NCBI GenBank assembly: GCA_003344405.1
Contig: NOWV01000125.1
Coordinates: forward strand, 186,001 to 225,900
Direction: 5' to 3'
Length of the DNA stretch: 39,900 nt
Source of the DNA: Trichoplax sp. H2
Taxonomy: Eukaryota
Below, piece by piece: positions 12,846 through 25,843 of the stretch. Below the pieces are notes generated by a model, which was not told where the DNA came from, did not search any database, and saw nothing but the letters and a program-made list of their open reading frames with translations. A program made the position numbers and the translations under genes. Within the stretch, counting starts at the first letter, position 1. Each line of letters begins with the position of its first letter.

Positions 12846-15841
12846 AAAATAGTATTCGTTATATCGCTAAAGGTGGCCGCTGGGCCTTTAAATTTTGGTT
12901 TCATGTAATATTCTGATGAAAATTGAATAAACATAGAATCTTTATACAGTTTTCTACATAGCCATTTTGATTATTAAATTTTCTTATAACGGTTGCTATC
13001 GACAGAGCAAGCTTTGCTTGCATACTCAAGCAATCCTTAGACATATTATAATGATAGGTATAGAATTGACCACAGTACTAAGGACATCGTACCGCACTGT
13101 AGATATCTTACAGTACCTGCTAATGTTAACTTGGTATGCCCATCACCGTACATTAGTTATCATAATGTGCTTTGGACCATTAACTAATCTTTATATAGCA
13201 TTTCATCCGTCAATGCATTATTGAAAAGTAGTATTCTACAAGCATAGCTGTGAATATAGTAGTACCTGGCTATTACCGGAAGATAAATAATGTCGAATGG
13301 TAATACTATCTGTTAATTATTAACAAATAAGTACATTATCGTAAACCGTCAGCAAAGCGACGTGAGTTTGTACTAGTGATAGTTGAATTAAACAACATAC
13401 ATGCTAAGATTAAGATTAAGTATAAGTAAGAGATTCTACATATTTACTGATAGAAAAGCTATATAAGAAATATCTCAGTTCGAGATGTTTCTCCTAGTAA
13501 GGTATGATAATAATACTGTCGTGGATTACAAATTAGACGGCCCTTATATATACGGGAACATTTGAGTTGAGCTGATTTGTAGTGGCGAAACGTTGTAGAT
13601 GTGTCTATGCTAATAAAAGTTCTATCTTTACAGTACTTTGCTGTGTGTTTAACGTTTAGTAAAGGGTGTTTAAAATGACTTAGCTACTTATAGTCTTAGT
13701 GTAGGTTTCCTTGTCGCAGAGTTTAAATTGTGACAGTGATTATGCGAGTAATTTGACCATAAATTAATCAGAATAATAAAATCTACAACTCCTAAATGTA
13801 GTTGAATTATAAAGTGTATAAGTACGATATAACCATGTAGTAAACTTTATGTTAACGTCTAAGCATCTAACTTAAAAATTGATGGATAGCCTGAACGCGA
13901 TCATGTTGTACTATAATGAAGGTTAATTTTCAGATTTCTCCTTCAATTTTATTATTATTTTCAATAAGTATCGTAGCTTTTAAAATAACTTAATTTGGTT
14001 TAACTATAGTAGATTCAACTTAGTATCGTAACATATTGTAAACCTGACTTCTTTATTCAGGTTAGAACTTAAGAATATTCTGTAACATAATTTTGATAAG
14101 AATTTCACGATGTTAAATTGTAATTTATGCAATACATTTAGTCAGTATAATACTCATGTTTTAAAAATTGTAGTCAATTTGATTACAAAATACAGCAGAA
14201 ATAATGTTACTCCGTTATTGATTAATTACAGTGTAAGCCGAAATGTTTCAATCTGGGTTCTAATTTAAGATTGTCAGTAGCCTTAGTCTTTTTTTAAAAT
14301 GATATATGGCGTAGAAAAATATAATTTGTAGATTTAGATATGCAGGAAATCTAGGGAACAATTTATCTGATTATATGTATTTAATTGCTAGTTTTATTTT
14401 TAACTCTTTAGAATAGTAGTTTGATAGTATAGTACCACCAACTGCTCCATAACATATAAAAGGTGACGTAGTTCAAGTCTTACTTCAACATAGACAGTGA
14501 AGATTACGATTTTCCTAAATTCATGACTAAACCGTATTTTACGTCGGTAGTTTGATTAGTTGAGGTAGTAATTCTGCCCTTATTGTAATTTTGAATTGAT
14601 TTTACAAGTTGTTCGCTAAATCTTAAATAGACCAGTGTTTTCCCCTAATATCCTACAGTTAGATTTTAAAAGTTGTTAGTTTTACTTAAATTTTTTCGTC
14701 AATTATTACTGTACTTCGCTTGAGCTTGTCGGTAAATTGGCGGCACTGAAATGGTATTCGGATAGGTGTTTCAATAAATACGTCATCATTTAAATATGAA
14801 GGAAAGTGCTTTTATTCCTAAGTTCAAATTTTCAATTGCACTGACACAAGCGCTAATTGCTCTTTAATCCACTAAGTTACAACGCCCAATTTTGTACTGA
14901 ATTGCAGCGACCTGATTACATTATCGCATTACATCGAATGTGTAGTTAAAATAGACGCTAGTTTCTCTTACATTATATGTGCGTCTAAAATTGCCATCAA
15001 TGCATATAGACGTGCATCAATTGTTAGAAAAATTTTTCAAAGAGTGATGAGTTAATTAAATTAATTTATTTTGGCTCCTATCCACTAACTGGTGATACTT
15101 GTATGATTTGTAACAGGCAAAGTTTCTATTTGTAGACTGATAAAAGCCGAAATTATCTTCACTGGAAACATAACCTGGAGCGCTCCATTGGCCACTTGCG
15201 TCACTGGAAGATTGCGTATATAAATGACACAAACAGCTAGTCACAAAGTGAAGAAACTTATTTCTATAAGTATAGNNNNNNNNNNNNNNNNNNNNAAAAT
15301 AGTATTCGTTATATCGCTAAGGGTGGCCACTGGGCCTTTAAATTTTGATTTCATGTAATATTCTGATGAAAATTGAATAAACATAGAATCTTTATACAGT
15401 TTTCTACATAGTCATTTTGATTATTAAATTTTCTTATAACGGTTGCTATCGACAGAGCAAGCTTTGCTTGCATACTCAAGCAATCCTTAGACATATTATA
15501 ATGATAGGTATAGAATTGACCACAGTACTAAGGACATCGTACCGCACTGTAGATATCTTACAGTACCTGCTAATGTTAACTTGGTATGTCCATCACCGTA
15601 CATTAGTTATCATAATGTGCTTTGGACCATTAACTAATCTTTATATAGCATAACTGGTGATACTTGTATGATTTGTAACAGGCAAAGTTTCTATTTGTGG
15701 ACTGATAAAAGCCGAAATTATCTTCACTGGAAACATAACCTGGAGCGCTCCATTGGCCCACTTGCGTCACTGGAAGATTGCGTATATAAATGACACAAAC
15801 AGCTAGTCACAAAGTGAAGAAACTTATTTCTATAAGTATAG
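12846..15841. repeat. Gap-flanking duplication, probably two haplotypes: 12846-13201 = 15296-15651 and 15086-15275 = 15651-15841
   Basis: By direct comparison, 5 substitutions in the 356-bp block, and 1 substitution plus a 1-bp indel in the 190-bp block. The copies lie on either side of the N gap at 15276-15295. Confidence 0.9.
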
Positions 15842-16970
15842 CCACGAATATTAACGTAATCAACTCGGAAACACATCTAACTTTCAGCTAGAATAAGTAA
15901 AATCTTGATGTTATTAAGTGAACTTTGCAAGTAATCACGAGCACTTGATGAAATTGGAAGAGAAAGATGTAGGAAATTATAAGTTGACCACCAAAGGGTG
16001 CGGTCACTTAAATATTAGTGACGATTGTATGTATTCTGCATTTGAAGGTGGCTCATTCGATAGAATGTCCGGTTAATGCGTATATTTTTATGATTCACAA
16101 GAAGGTTGAATGCAAATGATCGATCAATATTCGGTTTGTGTGCATTTTCTAGCGAAAATGACTCAATTAGTGTCCAGGCATAACCAGGTTGTGAGTCAAA
16201 ATCAAACATCCAGCTATAGCTAATCACTATATAAAGAGCCATATCCAAATTTGGATACAGTTAACTAAAAGCGCTAAGCACTTTATTAATAAATCTCGCT
16301 CATTTTCGCTTACCAGATTCAGTAAATATAGAATATCTACATTATTGACGTACAAACTACTTATTTTACGACTTTACAAGTATACCAATTAAGTTAATAT
16401 ACGGTAATATCAGAATAAGTGAATAATCACGTTATAAAATAGTTTTAAAAGTTTTATTTAGTGTTATATTAATGCAATAGCGGATTTATATCAGGCTCAA
16501 GAAGTTATGATTGTAGTAATCAACCTTATCTAAATTATGATAAGGCAATTTCGCAATTATTTATACATGTAATTACATGAATAGTAAGTCAGCTAATATA
16601 CAAATCAGGTAAAAAGAAATATAATAATCAAGAAATCAAAAGATAATAGCATAAATGCTATAATATAAAATACGTAAGCCGACGTTTCGCAACTGATAGA
16701 GAGAGGAGGAGTTAGTAGTTAGTTTTACAAAACTTGGACTAATTGTGCAAATCCCTGTCTCCAGTGTTAGTTGACAGCAGTATAAACCTTTAATGTGGTT
16801 GGTGGTATTCTTTCTAGATATGGATACACAATACAAGGGTATGATGGTATTTTACAGCTTCAAAGCAGACTCTAGATAAATAACCCATCATTTTGTTAAG
16901 TTGATTCGGATACGCATTACTCAGTACGATAATCTGCCTGTTTCGTTAGTGTGCAATTTCAGAGCAGAAT
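15061..16970 (-). pseudogene. Decayed gene for an extracellular protein: possible PAN/Apple-like exon plus a domain with a fibrinogen-like N-terminal motif (DFDSQPGYAWTLIESFSLEN...YVNIRG...EDNFGFY...WIG)
   Basis: One frame runs from 16248 through stops at 16015-17 and 15877-79 into VTSCLCHLY... and, in the pre-gap copy, SEDNFGFYQSTNRNFAC. A frameshift then gives TS*WIGAKIN* ending at 15061. The Cys-spaced segment at about 16680-16970 (CFE..YCVSI..CCQL) is tentatively PAN-like. Family assignment is from motif memory, not a search. Confidence 0.6.
15276..15295. other. Assembly gap (20 N)
   Basis: Run of n. Confidence 1.
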
Positions 16971-17683
16971 ATAAATCTTCTCTCCACTTAAAATGCTACA
17001 ATATACAAGTATTAATATTATTATCAGCGCATTAAAGAGAAAAATATTAGTCAATTTTTCCACAGTCTGCCAGTTAACTGCAGACATATATATGAGTAGT
17101 AAAGGATGATAAGGCTCGTAGTTTAATTATTGGTGCATTAATAAGTCTTTGCGCTCTCAATTTGCAAAATTTGTGAGCTAAAATAAATAGCTTAAGAAAA
17201 AATTCAAGTAATTATAGACAAATTTGTTGGAAATTGAGCTAATGAGTGTAAATTATTACTGGGTTGAAGGAAACACAATTTCAAGATGAGTCATGCAGTA
17301 AAAGCGATCTTTGATAATATGAATTATTCCTAATCACTATACTGTCGTTTTCTCTAAAATCCTGAATTATGAATATGTTTGATCTATAGATAAGTTTTAG
17401 TTATTGCTAAACCGAAAATATAATTAAAATTAAAATTTCAAGTTGTTAATGTCTAGATTAGTTAGCAAATATTAGAGGCAAGTCGTGTAGTATTACCAAA
17501 TTATAAATTGATAGTTTATGAAATGATTATTTCCCTTAATTTGCTATTGATTTAGCTTTAACATGGAATATTTCAGTATAAGATACCTCATTAATGGAAA
17601 AATAAGCTATTGTTATTATCTACAAATTGCATAAGTATGTTTTTAGTCAATTTTAGTTACAAATAGGATTTTTAGTACTTCAT

Positions 17684-20600
17684 TTAGTCGCTTAAATTTG
17701 CTGGAAGTGAAACCGACTTCTTAGCTCGGAACAGTTTAGAAGTCTGCTGAGAGCTATTCTTATCTAGATAAGCAAATAGAGCGTAGCAATTTTGGTAATC
17801 TGACTTATTTTAATTCTTCATTCACTTTATAAAAACACGCGAAAAGTTTACTATTAGTTATCAGCATAATTTAATATATCATATCCTGTCAAAGATTGTA
17901 AAATTTATTGAATTACCAGCTAAACGAGAGACCAACCATGTAAACGGAACCTTTAGACTATCTTTTTCGTCGTATATTATTTCAAATATTTTTACTAAGA
18001 GGAAAAATTTCAATGTAATGGCGCAAGATTAGCATTTAAAATAATTTTATAGAAAAGCGACGATCTATTTATATCATTTTGGCTTTATGTTTATGTCAGC
18101 TACAAGTATAAATGATTTAATAAGCATTTCCAAGTACTGTCATCATCACATCTTGAACTATCATTTCTAATACCCTTCATTAATGTTAAACTCATGCAAT
18201 ACCCTTTGAAGTATATTTAGACTTCACTGCAGTCTTTAGCTCACATTCTTAAATATAGATGTTTTATATTGTACCGAAAATAGATAGCTATACAATCTAT
18301 TTCTACTATACTCAAATATAGCTTGTCACGATTAGTTATTTATAGCACCTATAGTCTTCGCTGTTTTTTACAACCATTTGCTGTTACTCAGTCTGTTTAT
18401 GGCAAATGTCATATTCAATTCTACTATCGTGTTCTCTGCATGTGATCTATCGCTTAATCTATAAATACTGATGATTTCTGCCTCAGATTTGTCAGTTACA
18501 CTATTCGTAGCAAAAGTACTTCCTTACGTTACTCCACGACAGCTTACACGCTGATCTAACGTAACTACCGCATTGTACCTCCATTTCTATCTATAATAAA
18601 GCATTCACTTTATCAAAACCCCTTGCATATTTTATGTGAATGCCTACTAAGTCAGCAGTCGCTGATTCTTCGAACCTTCCATCATATCCTTACCTTTACA
18701 GTCTCTTGAAGATGAATTAATCGAACTCTTTGAAACCTGTCTCTGATGTGATAAATCTGATTTCGTACCAACAATAAGCATAGGCATCTAATAGATATTC
18801 ACATAATTAATTGAGATCAATTACAATAAATTAAATTGAATTATTAAGTAAAAGTTATACTATGGCTTAAATAATCTTACATCATTTCCCCTGATTTTAG
18901 CTGTTTCTGTTTTTAATCTTTTAGCAAGTTCAAAGGAAGCTATGGAATCAAGGCTAAAAACAAATATCGCTGCCTGAAAAGTAAATCAAACATTTGTGCA
19001 ATTGTAAAGGAATGAATGGTCACTTTTATTTTTTAAATCGATTTCTACTTTTAAATTAAATAATAGATAAAAATTATTATATTGAAATAGTAATTAGCTA
19101 TTCTGAAGCTCTGATGACAACAATCCAGAATAATTTGTTATTATAAAGTCAAGATTTAAGGCTGACCCAGAAAAAATGGCTTTAAATATTGACTCCCCTA
19201 CTCTCGATTTTAAACTTCTTTTACTACTTCAATAACTACAGCGTTAGTCTTTCTATTAGTGTTTCTCTTACAACATCATATGTTAATTACTAAACAGAAG
19301 CCATTGATTAATAATATATATCATACACAGTACTGAAATACATACGCGTATATTGTATGGTACTCAGTGAGCAAGTCCATCCAATATCACGAGTAGCGTG
19401 TTCGACTAGTAATTGTAACTTAATATATGACTGACTATAATCATGCTTATTTTTCTTGAAATTTCATCGTTCAAAATAGTAAAAAAAATAGTGCTTAACT
19501 ACAATAACGTAACATAATTGCCAAATCCCATCAAATTTTTCTTACGTCAGCTGTTGCTAAATAGTAATTTGGTACGGACGAGGTTTCATCGTCCTAAAAA
19601 GGAATATAATCCGCTTCATTAAAAATAAATCGGCTGCCGATGGCAACATTTTCTTCAAATCAATATTGCAATAATTACTGATACATTGCTACACTAAAAT
19701 TTTATCACAGTAAATAATGTTCAGATCAATCAATTATAACATCTACAATATCTTTGATTGCAGAAAGCACCTTAGCCAAATAGATAAAAGCTTACTGATT
19801 TCTTAACATAGCTTAGATGGTATTATAATTCACGGATACTTATTAACAGACACTGGTGCAAGTAGTTTATTAAATTTCAGGGTGAACTATAACTTAAAAA
19901 ATTACAGTTTACTGTAGCTATTTAACAACTCATAAATAAAATGACTTGAATAGCTCACCAGACCACCGGTGTCAAATAAACTGATTCGTTCTTTAATTCC
20001 TCGATCAGATTCTAGTATAATATCATAGATATCTTCAATAGTAGTATAAGGTTCCTAATATATTAACAGAGTATCGCAATGTTAGTATACACACATTAGA
20101 CATTCAGCTATTCCATAAAACAGCTTATTTGCGATATATTCTGTATACTATATAGTCAAGGATAGAGCTCAGTTTAATCTTTGTATGGCTTGGTTGAAAA
20201 GATTTTCTTTCCCTTTATTAAATATACATATAGTAATAAAACAAACTCGAAGACTTACTCCATTGACTACGTTTGAAAAAAATTCTGGTAAATAAAAGGA
20301 GTGTACATCGATGCTTTCACTGTAATAAACGATAAATATCTGCCCCAATGTAAGCCATGTAATAATGCTTGTACTTAACCTAAATTTTGTAATTATTAGA
20401 ATGAACTTTAAGCACGTTGCTTCACTAATGATTTATCATATTGTGCCATGATAACCTATAATCGGCCCAATTTCTTCTTTTAAAATTATGCTTAACTAAT
20501 GAAAAATTCTTGCTAAGTGCGGTAACAAAACATCTCTACAAAACTTCTTTACTGTAACAGTGTGAATAATTTTTTTATTTCTGTTGTTACAGTATTTAAA

Positions 20601-22709
20601 TTCGACAAATAATATAAATCTTAAACTAATAATAAGTAGAATAAAGGAATTATGAGATTGTAATCTAATTCCTTTAAACATGGCGAACAATAATACAACA
20701 ATCATTGATTAATGAGAGCATAAAGGCCCATTTTCTGGCTTTGATATCAACCAACATTCAGTAATTGCAATTGCATATACTTTTTGTGTATCTGAAGATG
20801 ATTTCATGATCAAATAAAGATAGTTAATTAAATTTATTTATTGCCAATTTATACAGTGGAACGATTATGCGCAGTACCTTGAATTTGGTTGCAAATTTAT
20901 CGTTGATGGAAAAATAAAATGTCAAAGGTAGAGAGTAATAGAAATACGTTAATAAACGTTGTGTACAATGTAACACTGTACATAGGCTTAGAAATGAGAT
21001 CAACTTTTAAATGTCAATTACTACGGGTGCATTCAAAGGATAACTATGCTGGAAGTTAAGCCATTATTTAAGGGATTAGTAGATACTATTACCGTGGTAA
21101 TGGCTTCTTAGTCTAACAAACCGGTAGTAATTCATTACAATCATGTCATCTCTTGAGACTTCTAGTTTGGAGTTGGGATAATAACGAACCATTCCGCTGC
21201 ATTATTCATGAAATAGGATAAAATATATACTTGATACTCTTTCCATCTGCCAACTTACTAAAAGACATATTAGGTTCTACGTGCGATATCTCAACTTAAA
21301 ATCATATTGTTTATAAGCCTGAAAAGAAATACTAAAACCCAAGGTAAAGTAATTTGCTCCAGAAACTATGCGATCATTTATAATGGCTAAAAAATTAAAA
21401 AGAAATAACGGAATCGAAAAAATAAAGCACAGTATATCACCACAAGATGAAAACGAATCAATTTCTTTTCTAAAATTTTCAGAAGATATACAAACTATCT
21501 ACATAACAGAATTTACAAGCACAATCCCAACTCTATCAGGATTGCCTGACTTAGATGGACCGCAGAAATTGGGATTATTAAAAACATTAGTACCTTAAGT
21601 TAATGAAAAATTAAGATAGGTTCCTGATCCATCATTCGATTCCCAGAACAAAATAAATTAACTTTCTTAAAGCTCGTTCACAATAAAACTGAGATGAACT
21701 AGAACGGTCCATCAATCCTAAGCAGACAATGCAGAAACAAAATGAATAGCCCCATGTGCATGTATTAAAACTGTTCTCGCTAAATATTCGATTATAGGTC
21801 CAGTATACCATCACTCCTGAATTATTAAGACAGAGAGAGACGGTTACTACGATCTCATCAATCTAGGGAACAAATAACAAAATATTTTCTCTTCTTTCCT
21901 TACATTCTACCATTTTTTGTTGCCAATAATAAGATTGAATCATGCTTCGCTAGTAAAATCATGGATATTAGCATGTAATACCACTCCTCAAAAGACATCA
22001 GTAATTGTAAGACTTAATTAAAATAATATACATGAAATCATTATCCATTATTCTAAGGGCTTTCATACTTTTTTCAGAAAGTATTTGAAGTTCTATCCCT
22101 TCGTTCACTATAGGAGTATCAAGTGCTAAAGTACCCCTGATTCTATGTATTATCGGTATATTAGCACTAAGCCTGGGAAGCTGCTGCTAATTTTATTTAT
22201 GGTTTAAGCTTGTAATAATTGCACCTAATGAAAGTGGTTTTTAGAATATGCGTACGTATACAGCTGTATAATTATGGGAATTGTTAACGTATTGGATGAT
22301 GCTGAGCTGATGAATTTAACTTTCTTACTATTTCATTAACGAATGTTTAAAATGTTCTATACTGTAATACTCAAACATACAACAATTATCTTTTCAGCCA
22401 AATACGCTTACATTTATATGACAACAGTTTAATGTAAATTACTCTCTTAGCTGTCGCTAATATTAATTATAACCGCATAGTACGCTATATCAAAAGTCAC
22501 GAATGAAAATGAAAAATCAGCTTATCAATAACTACCTTCGATCTTAAAACACAAAATATGAGGAAAATAGAACATGAGATTGTATTAAGTACTTCACCAT
22601 ATTTCCACCTTCTAACCTGACTAATAGATCCATGAATTAACAAATCGATCATCGAAGTCTTGCCAACACCATGGCCACCAAATACATAGATCTTATGGCG
22701 TTTTGGCAT
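17684..22709 (-). CDS. NKIRAS: NF-kappaB inhibitor-interacting Ras-like protein (kappaB-Ras), 7 exons, 193 aa
   Basis: Exons 22709-22617, 20054-19959, 19593-19546, 18973-18881, 18787-18694, 17994-17917 and 17763-17684, all GT-AG with consistent phases. Protein: MPKRHKIYVFGGHGVGKT...TIEDIYDIILESDRGIKERISLFDTGGL...VGTKSDL...VKIFEIIYDEKDSLKVPFTWLVSRL...ANLSD*. EDIY..E(S/T)DRG.(K/R)E..DT.GL, SL..PF and the lack of a CAAX box match kappaB-Ras. Confidence 0.88.
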
Positions 22710-23003
22710 AGTGGCAACCTAATTTATAAGGAAGCTACCTGATAGCGTCCTAATGCATTTTACTATGATAAATAACTTTAAATTGAGTAGAAATGCGTTT
22801 CTTCATTTCATTTAACATCAAATCGATGTTTTTCATGTCTTAAATATGTCAATTGAATATTAAATACCCCTCCAGCCCATACGACATAGACAATAATAAG
22901 TCGCAGCAAACTGTATTTTCTACCGTATCTATTGTTATTTATAATTAATGAAATTTACTTGTATTATTTAATATTAATTATCTCCTCAAAAGAGTGCATA
23001 GAT

Positions 23004-24053
23004 GTACTAAATTTTCTATTGTTAGATCCAAGGCCAATAATAATATACTATTGAATAAATGTAAAGTAAACGACATAGCAACGCCTAATCATATCGGTAT
23101 CAGTAATAAGCTAATTCTTAATCACGTAACATCCATATTTTTTAATTCAAGACGATGTATAAGGCAAGTGTCACTTTTTTTATAAGACTTAGCCTAATCA
23201 ATTAAATAACACAGTCCAAAGCCATGTGTTACAACCGAGATTGTAACACAAGAATTAAACGGGATTCTTTCCTCTAAAGTAGACTTAACTATCTAAGCAA
23301 CTAACTCTAAGCACTCTTTAATCAACCAAACTTAGATTCGAGTCTTAGACGATAGATTACTCACGCTAAAATGATTAATAACCAACCTAATTTGCTAAAT
23401 TAATTACAAACTCGAATGTAAACATCGAATTTCTTTATGATGGCAAACATCCTTTTAATTAGAATTACTATGCATTCTCAATTATGGAGGAATACAGTTA
23501 TATCAAAGGCAGAAATATTGAATAGAATTTTATAACATAAAACATGTTTTCCTGTAAGAATGNNNNNNNNNNNNNNNNNNNNGTACTAAATTTTCTATTG
23601 TTAGATCCAAGGCCAATAATAATATACTATTGAATAAATGTAAAGTAAACGACATGGCAACGCCTAATCATATCGGTATCAGTAATAAGCTAATTCTTAA
23701 TCACGTAACATCCATATTTTTTAATTCAAAGACAATGTATAAGGCAAGCGTCTCTTTTTTATAAGACTTAGCCTAATCAATTAAATAACACAGTCCAAAG
23801 CCATGTTAGCAAATACTTTTACAGTAAAATAGTCTGCATGGTTCTGGCACAAGCCTTATGAATGATTAATAACCAAACTAATTTGCTAAATTAATTACAA
23901 ACTCGAATGCAAACATCGAATTTCTTTATGATGGCAAACATCCTTTTAATTAGAATTACTATGCTTTCTCGATTATGGAGGAATACAGTTATATCAAAGG
24001 CAGAAATATTGAATAGAAGTTTATAACATAAAACATGTTTTCCTGTAAGAATG
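23004..24053. repeat. Gap-flanking duplication, probably two haplotypes: 23004-23562 vs 23583-24053
   Basis: Near-identical except for scattered SNPs and indels and a central replacement (23228-23369 vs 23807-23860). The copies flank the N gap at 23563-23582. Confidence 0.9.
23563..23582. other. Assembly gap (20 N)
   Basis: Run of n. Confidence 1.
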
Positions 24054-24829
24054 ACGATGTAAGCTTGTCAACATTCTTGAGCCACAACCGTAGCTAGCAG
24101 GAACTAATCATGCATCATTGATATTGTATAATACAGACTAGAAATAGTTAATCTTTTTCGCTATTATGCTAGCTCCAAGGATAATAATATGAACATACAA
24201 GTGAAATAAATACTGTATAACGATGCAGTATAGCGATATTGCAATAACTAATTATATCGATATCGGTAAAGTCTGACCAATGATCATGTAATAGACGAAT
24301 TTCGTAATTTAACGGCAATGCTCAACTCCAGCATCATTTTTTATTAAATTCTGAATCAGATCAATGAAGCCTAAAGGCTACAGTCATGTTAACAACACTT
24401 ACAATAGCCTACTTAATATTGGTGCAAGCCTTATGAATGATCAGTGATCAATTCCATTTTCTAAATAATTACCGAGAAGGTTCCGTACACCATTTTCACT
24501 AACGTCGAACAATCTATTACGATTAATATGCTTTGTAAATTAGGGAACAATTCAGTTATGTCAGAGGTAGGGAAACTGAAAGGAAACCACAGTAAATAAA
24601 GCTAAAACACTTTTTTGCATGAGAATGGTGCGGCATATCTGTTAGCATTACAGATCATATGCAAATATACCATTAATTACTGCATGCACAGTTGATACTA
24701 ATTAACATAAAATATTAATAGCTAGTCGTACTCGTAAAATAATTTTATCAACCAGTAATGGCGTAATCTAGCAATAGAGCCTGCATGATAAAGATAAATT
24801 ATTTTGACTAGTTCATTATATTACATACC

Positions 24830-25843
24830 TGTCATTTCTAATATTACTAGAAAAATTTTTGCAATGGTTCGTAGCCGGATATAAGAACTTAGAATGTAGG
24901 ACAATGAAAAGTAGGTGCTTGATGTATCGAATAAGATGCCAAACAATGAAAATATTATAATTATAAGAACTACCGTACATCTTTTCCTAATCAAATCTAA
25001 AGTATCATATAGATTTCAACCTCGTATAATACTCATAGATGTTCCTTGCGAGTCAGTAATCATCAATCAACATTGGTCGATAATGATATGCAGTACACAA
25101 ATTTTTCATCTACTAATTTAGGTACCGTAATATATAGATTTGAAGTATTTGATCATGCAAGATAATCACGCCCTTAGAATTAACGCTTATACGGTAAAAA
25201 ATATACTCAGTATTAGATAAAATGATGAAAGTAATATACGTGCGGTAATGTACGAGTATTAGATGCTATAGGAGGATGATATACGAGCATGTATAAGGTT
25301 ATAATTAAGATATCAATATAAAATAAAATCCGGAATTTTTTATTGAAAGCGTGTAGGTAAAAATAATTAAAAATTGCCAATACAGCACAAACTATATTAT
25401 GGAATAAATAAAGGCTAGACATTCAATCGATCAATGCAGAGTAAAATTTTATCAGCAAGCTACCAAATACTAAAAGAATTAGCACACTATGACCTAATAT
25501 TACATCAAAAAGATTTGTTCCAAATCACAATCACACAATTTCATCCATAAAAGATTAAAGCTATGAAACAGCTGATTCAAATTTTTTTAATATAATAAAG
25601 AAACCACTAATAAATCGCTAAAGAAGAGCATCCTTAAAATTGTGCTGCATTTATTACTATATGATTAAATTTAAGTAACACGAATACCGAAATTGGATCA
25701 ACTAACCGGTATCTTAAAAACAAAATCTTAAAATTAGTAGCACATGGAATCAAATTTATCGGACGATTAGAAATATTAAACTGTAACAGTAATAACCGAT
25801 AACTGTAGTCATTTAACTAATTAGCTTTAACACATTCGTCCAT
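24830..25843 (-). pseudogene. Decayed class A GPCR pseudogene, copy A (3' limit uncertain)
   Basis: ATG GAC at 25843; TM2-like MLFFSDLLVV (Asp at 25614-16); TM3-like FGTNLFDVILGHSVLILL; TM4-like LAFIYSII*FVLYW; possible TM6 RKRCTVVLIIIIF near 24980. Many stops and frameshifts. Aligns with 27970-28554 with many third-position differences. Confidence 0.55.

Noticed and set aside
13202..15086. The 1.9-kb segment as a transposon insertion
   Set aside because: No terminal repeats or target-site duplication, and it carries the pseudogene's last codons, so loss in the other copy is the simpler reading.
12967..15653. Twin ORFs 12967-13224 and 15417-15653
   Set aside because: TTG starts and no motifs; their identity simply reflects the gap-flanking duplication.
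18100..18600. Alternative NKIRAS exon candidates in intron 5
   Set aside because: Their translations do not match the family; 17994-17917 fits both phase and homology.
25213..25422. ORF with NKKFR resembling GPCR TM7/helix 8
   Set aside because: The synonymous-change pattern against the paralogue favours a different frame and places this segment near TM4.
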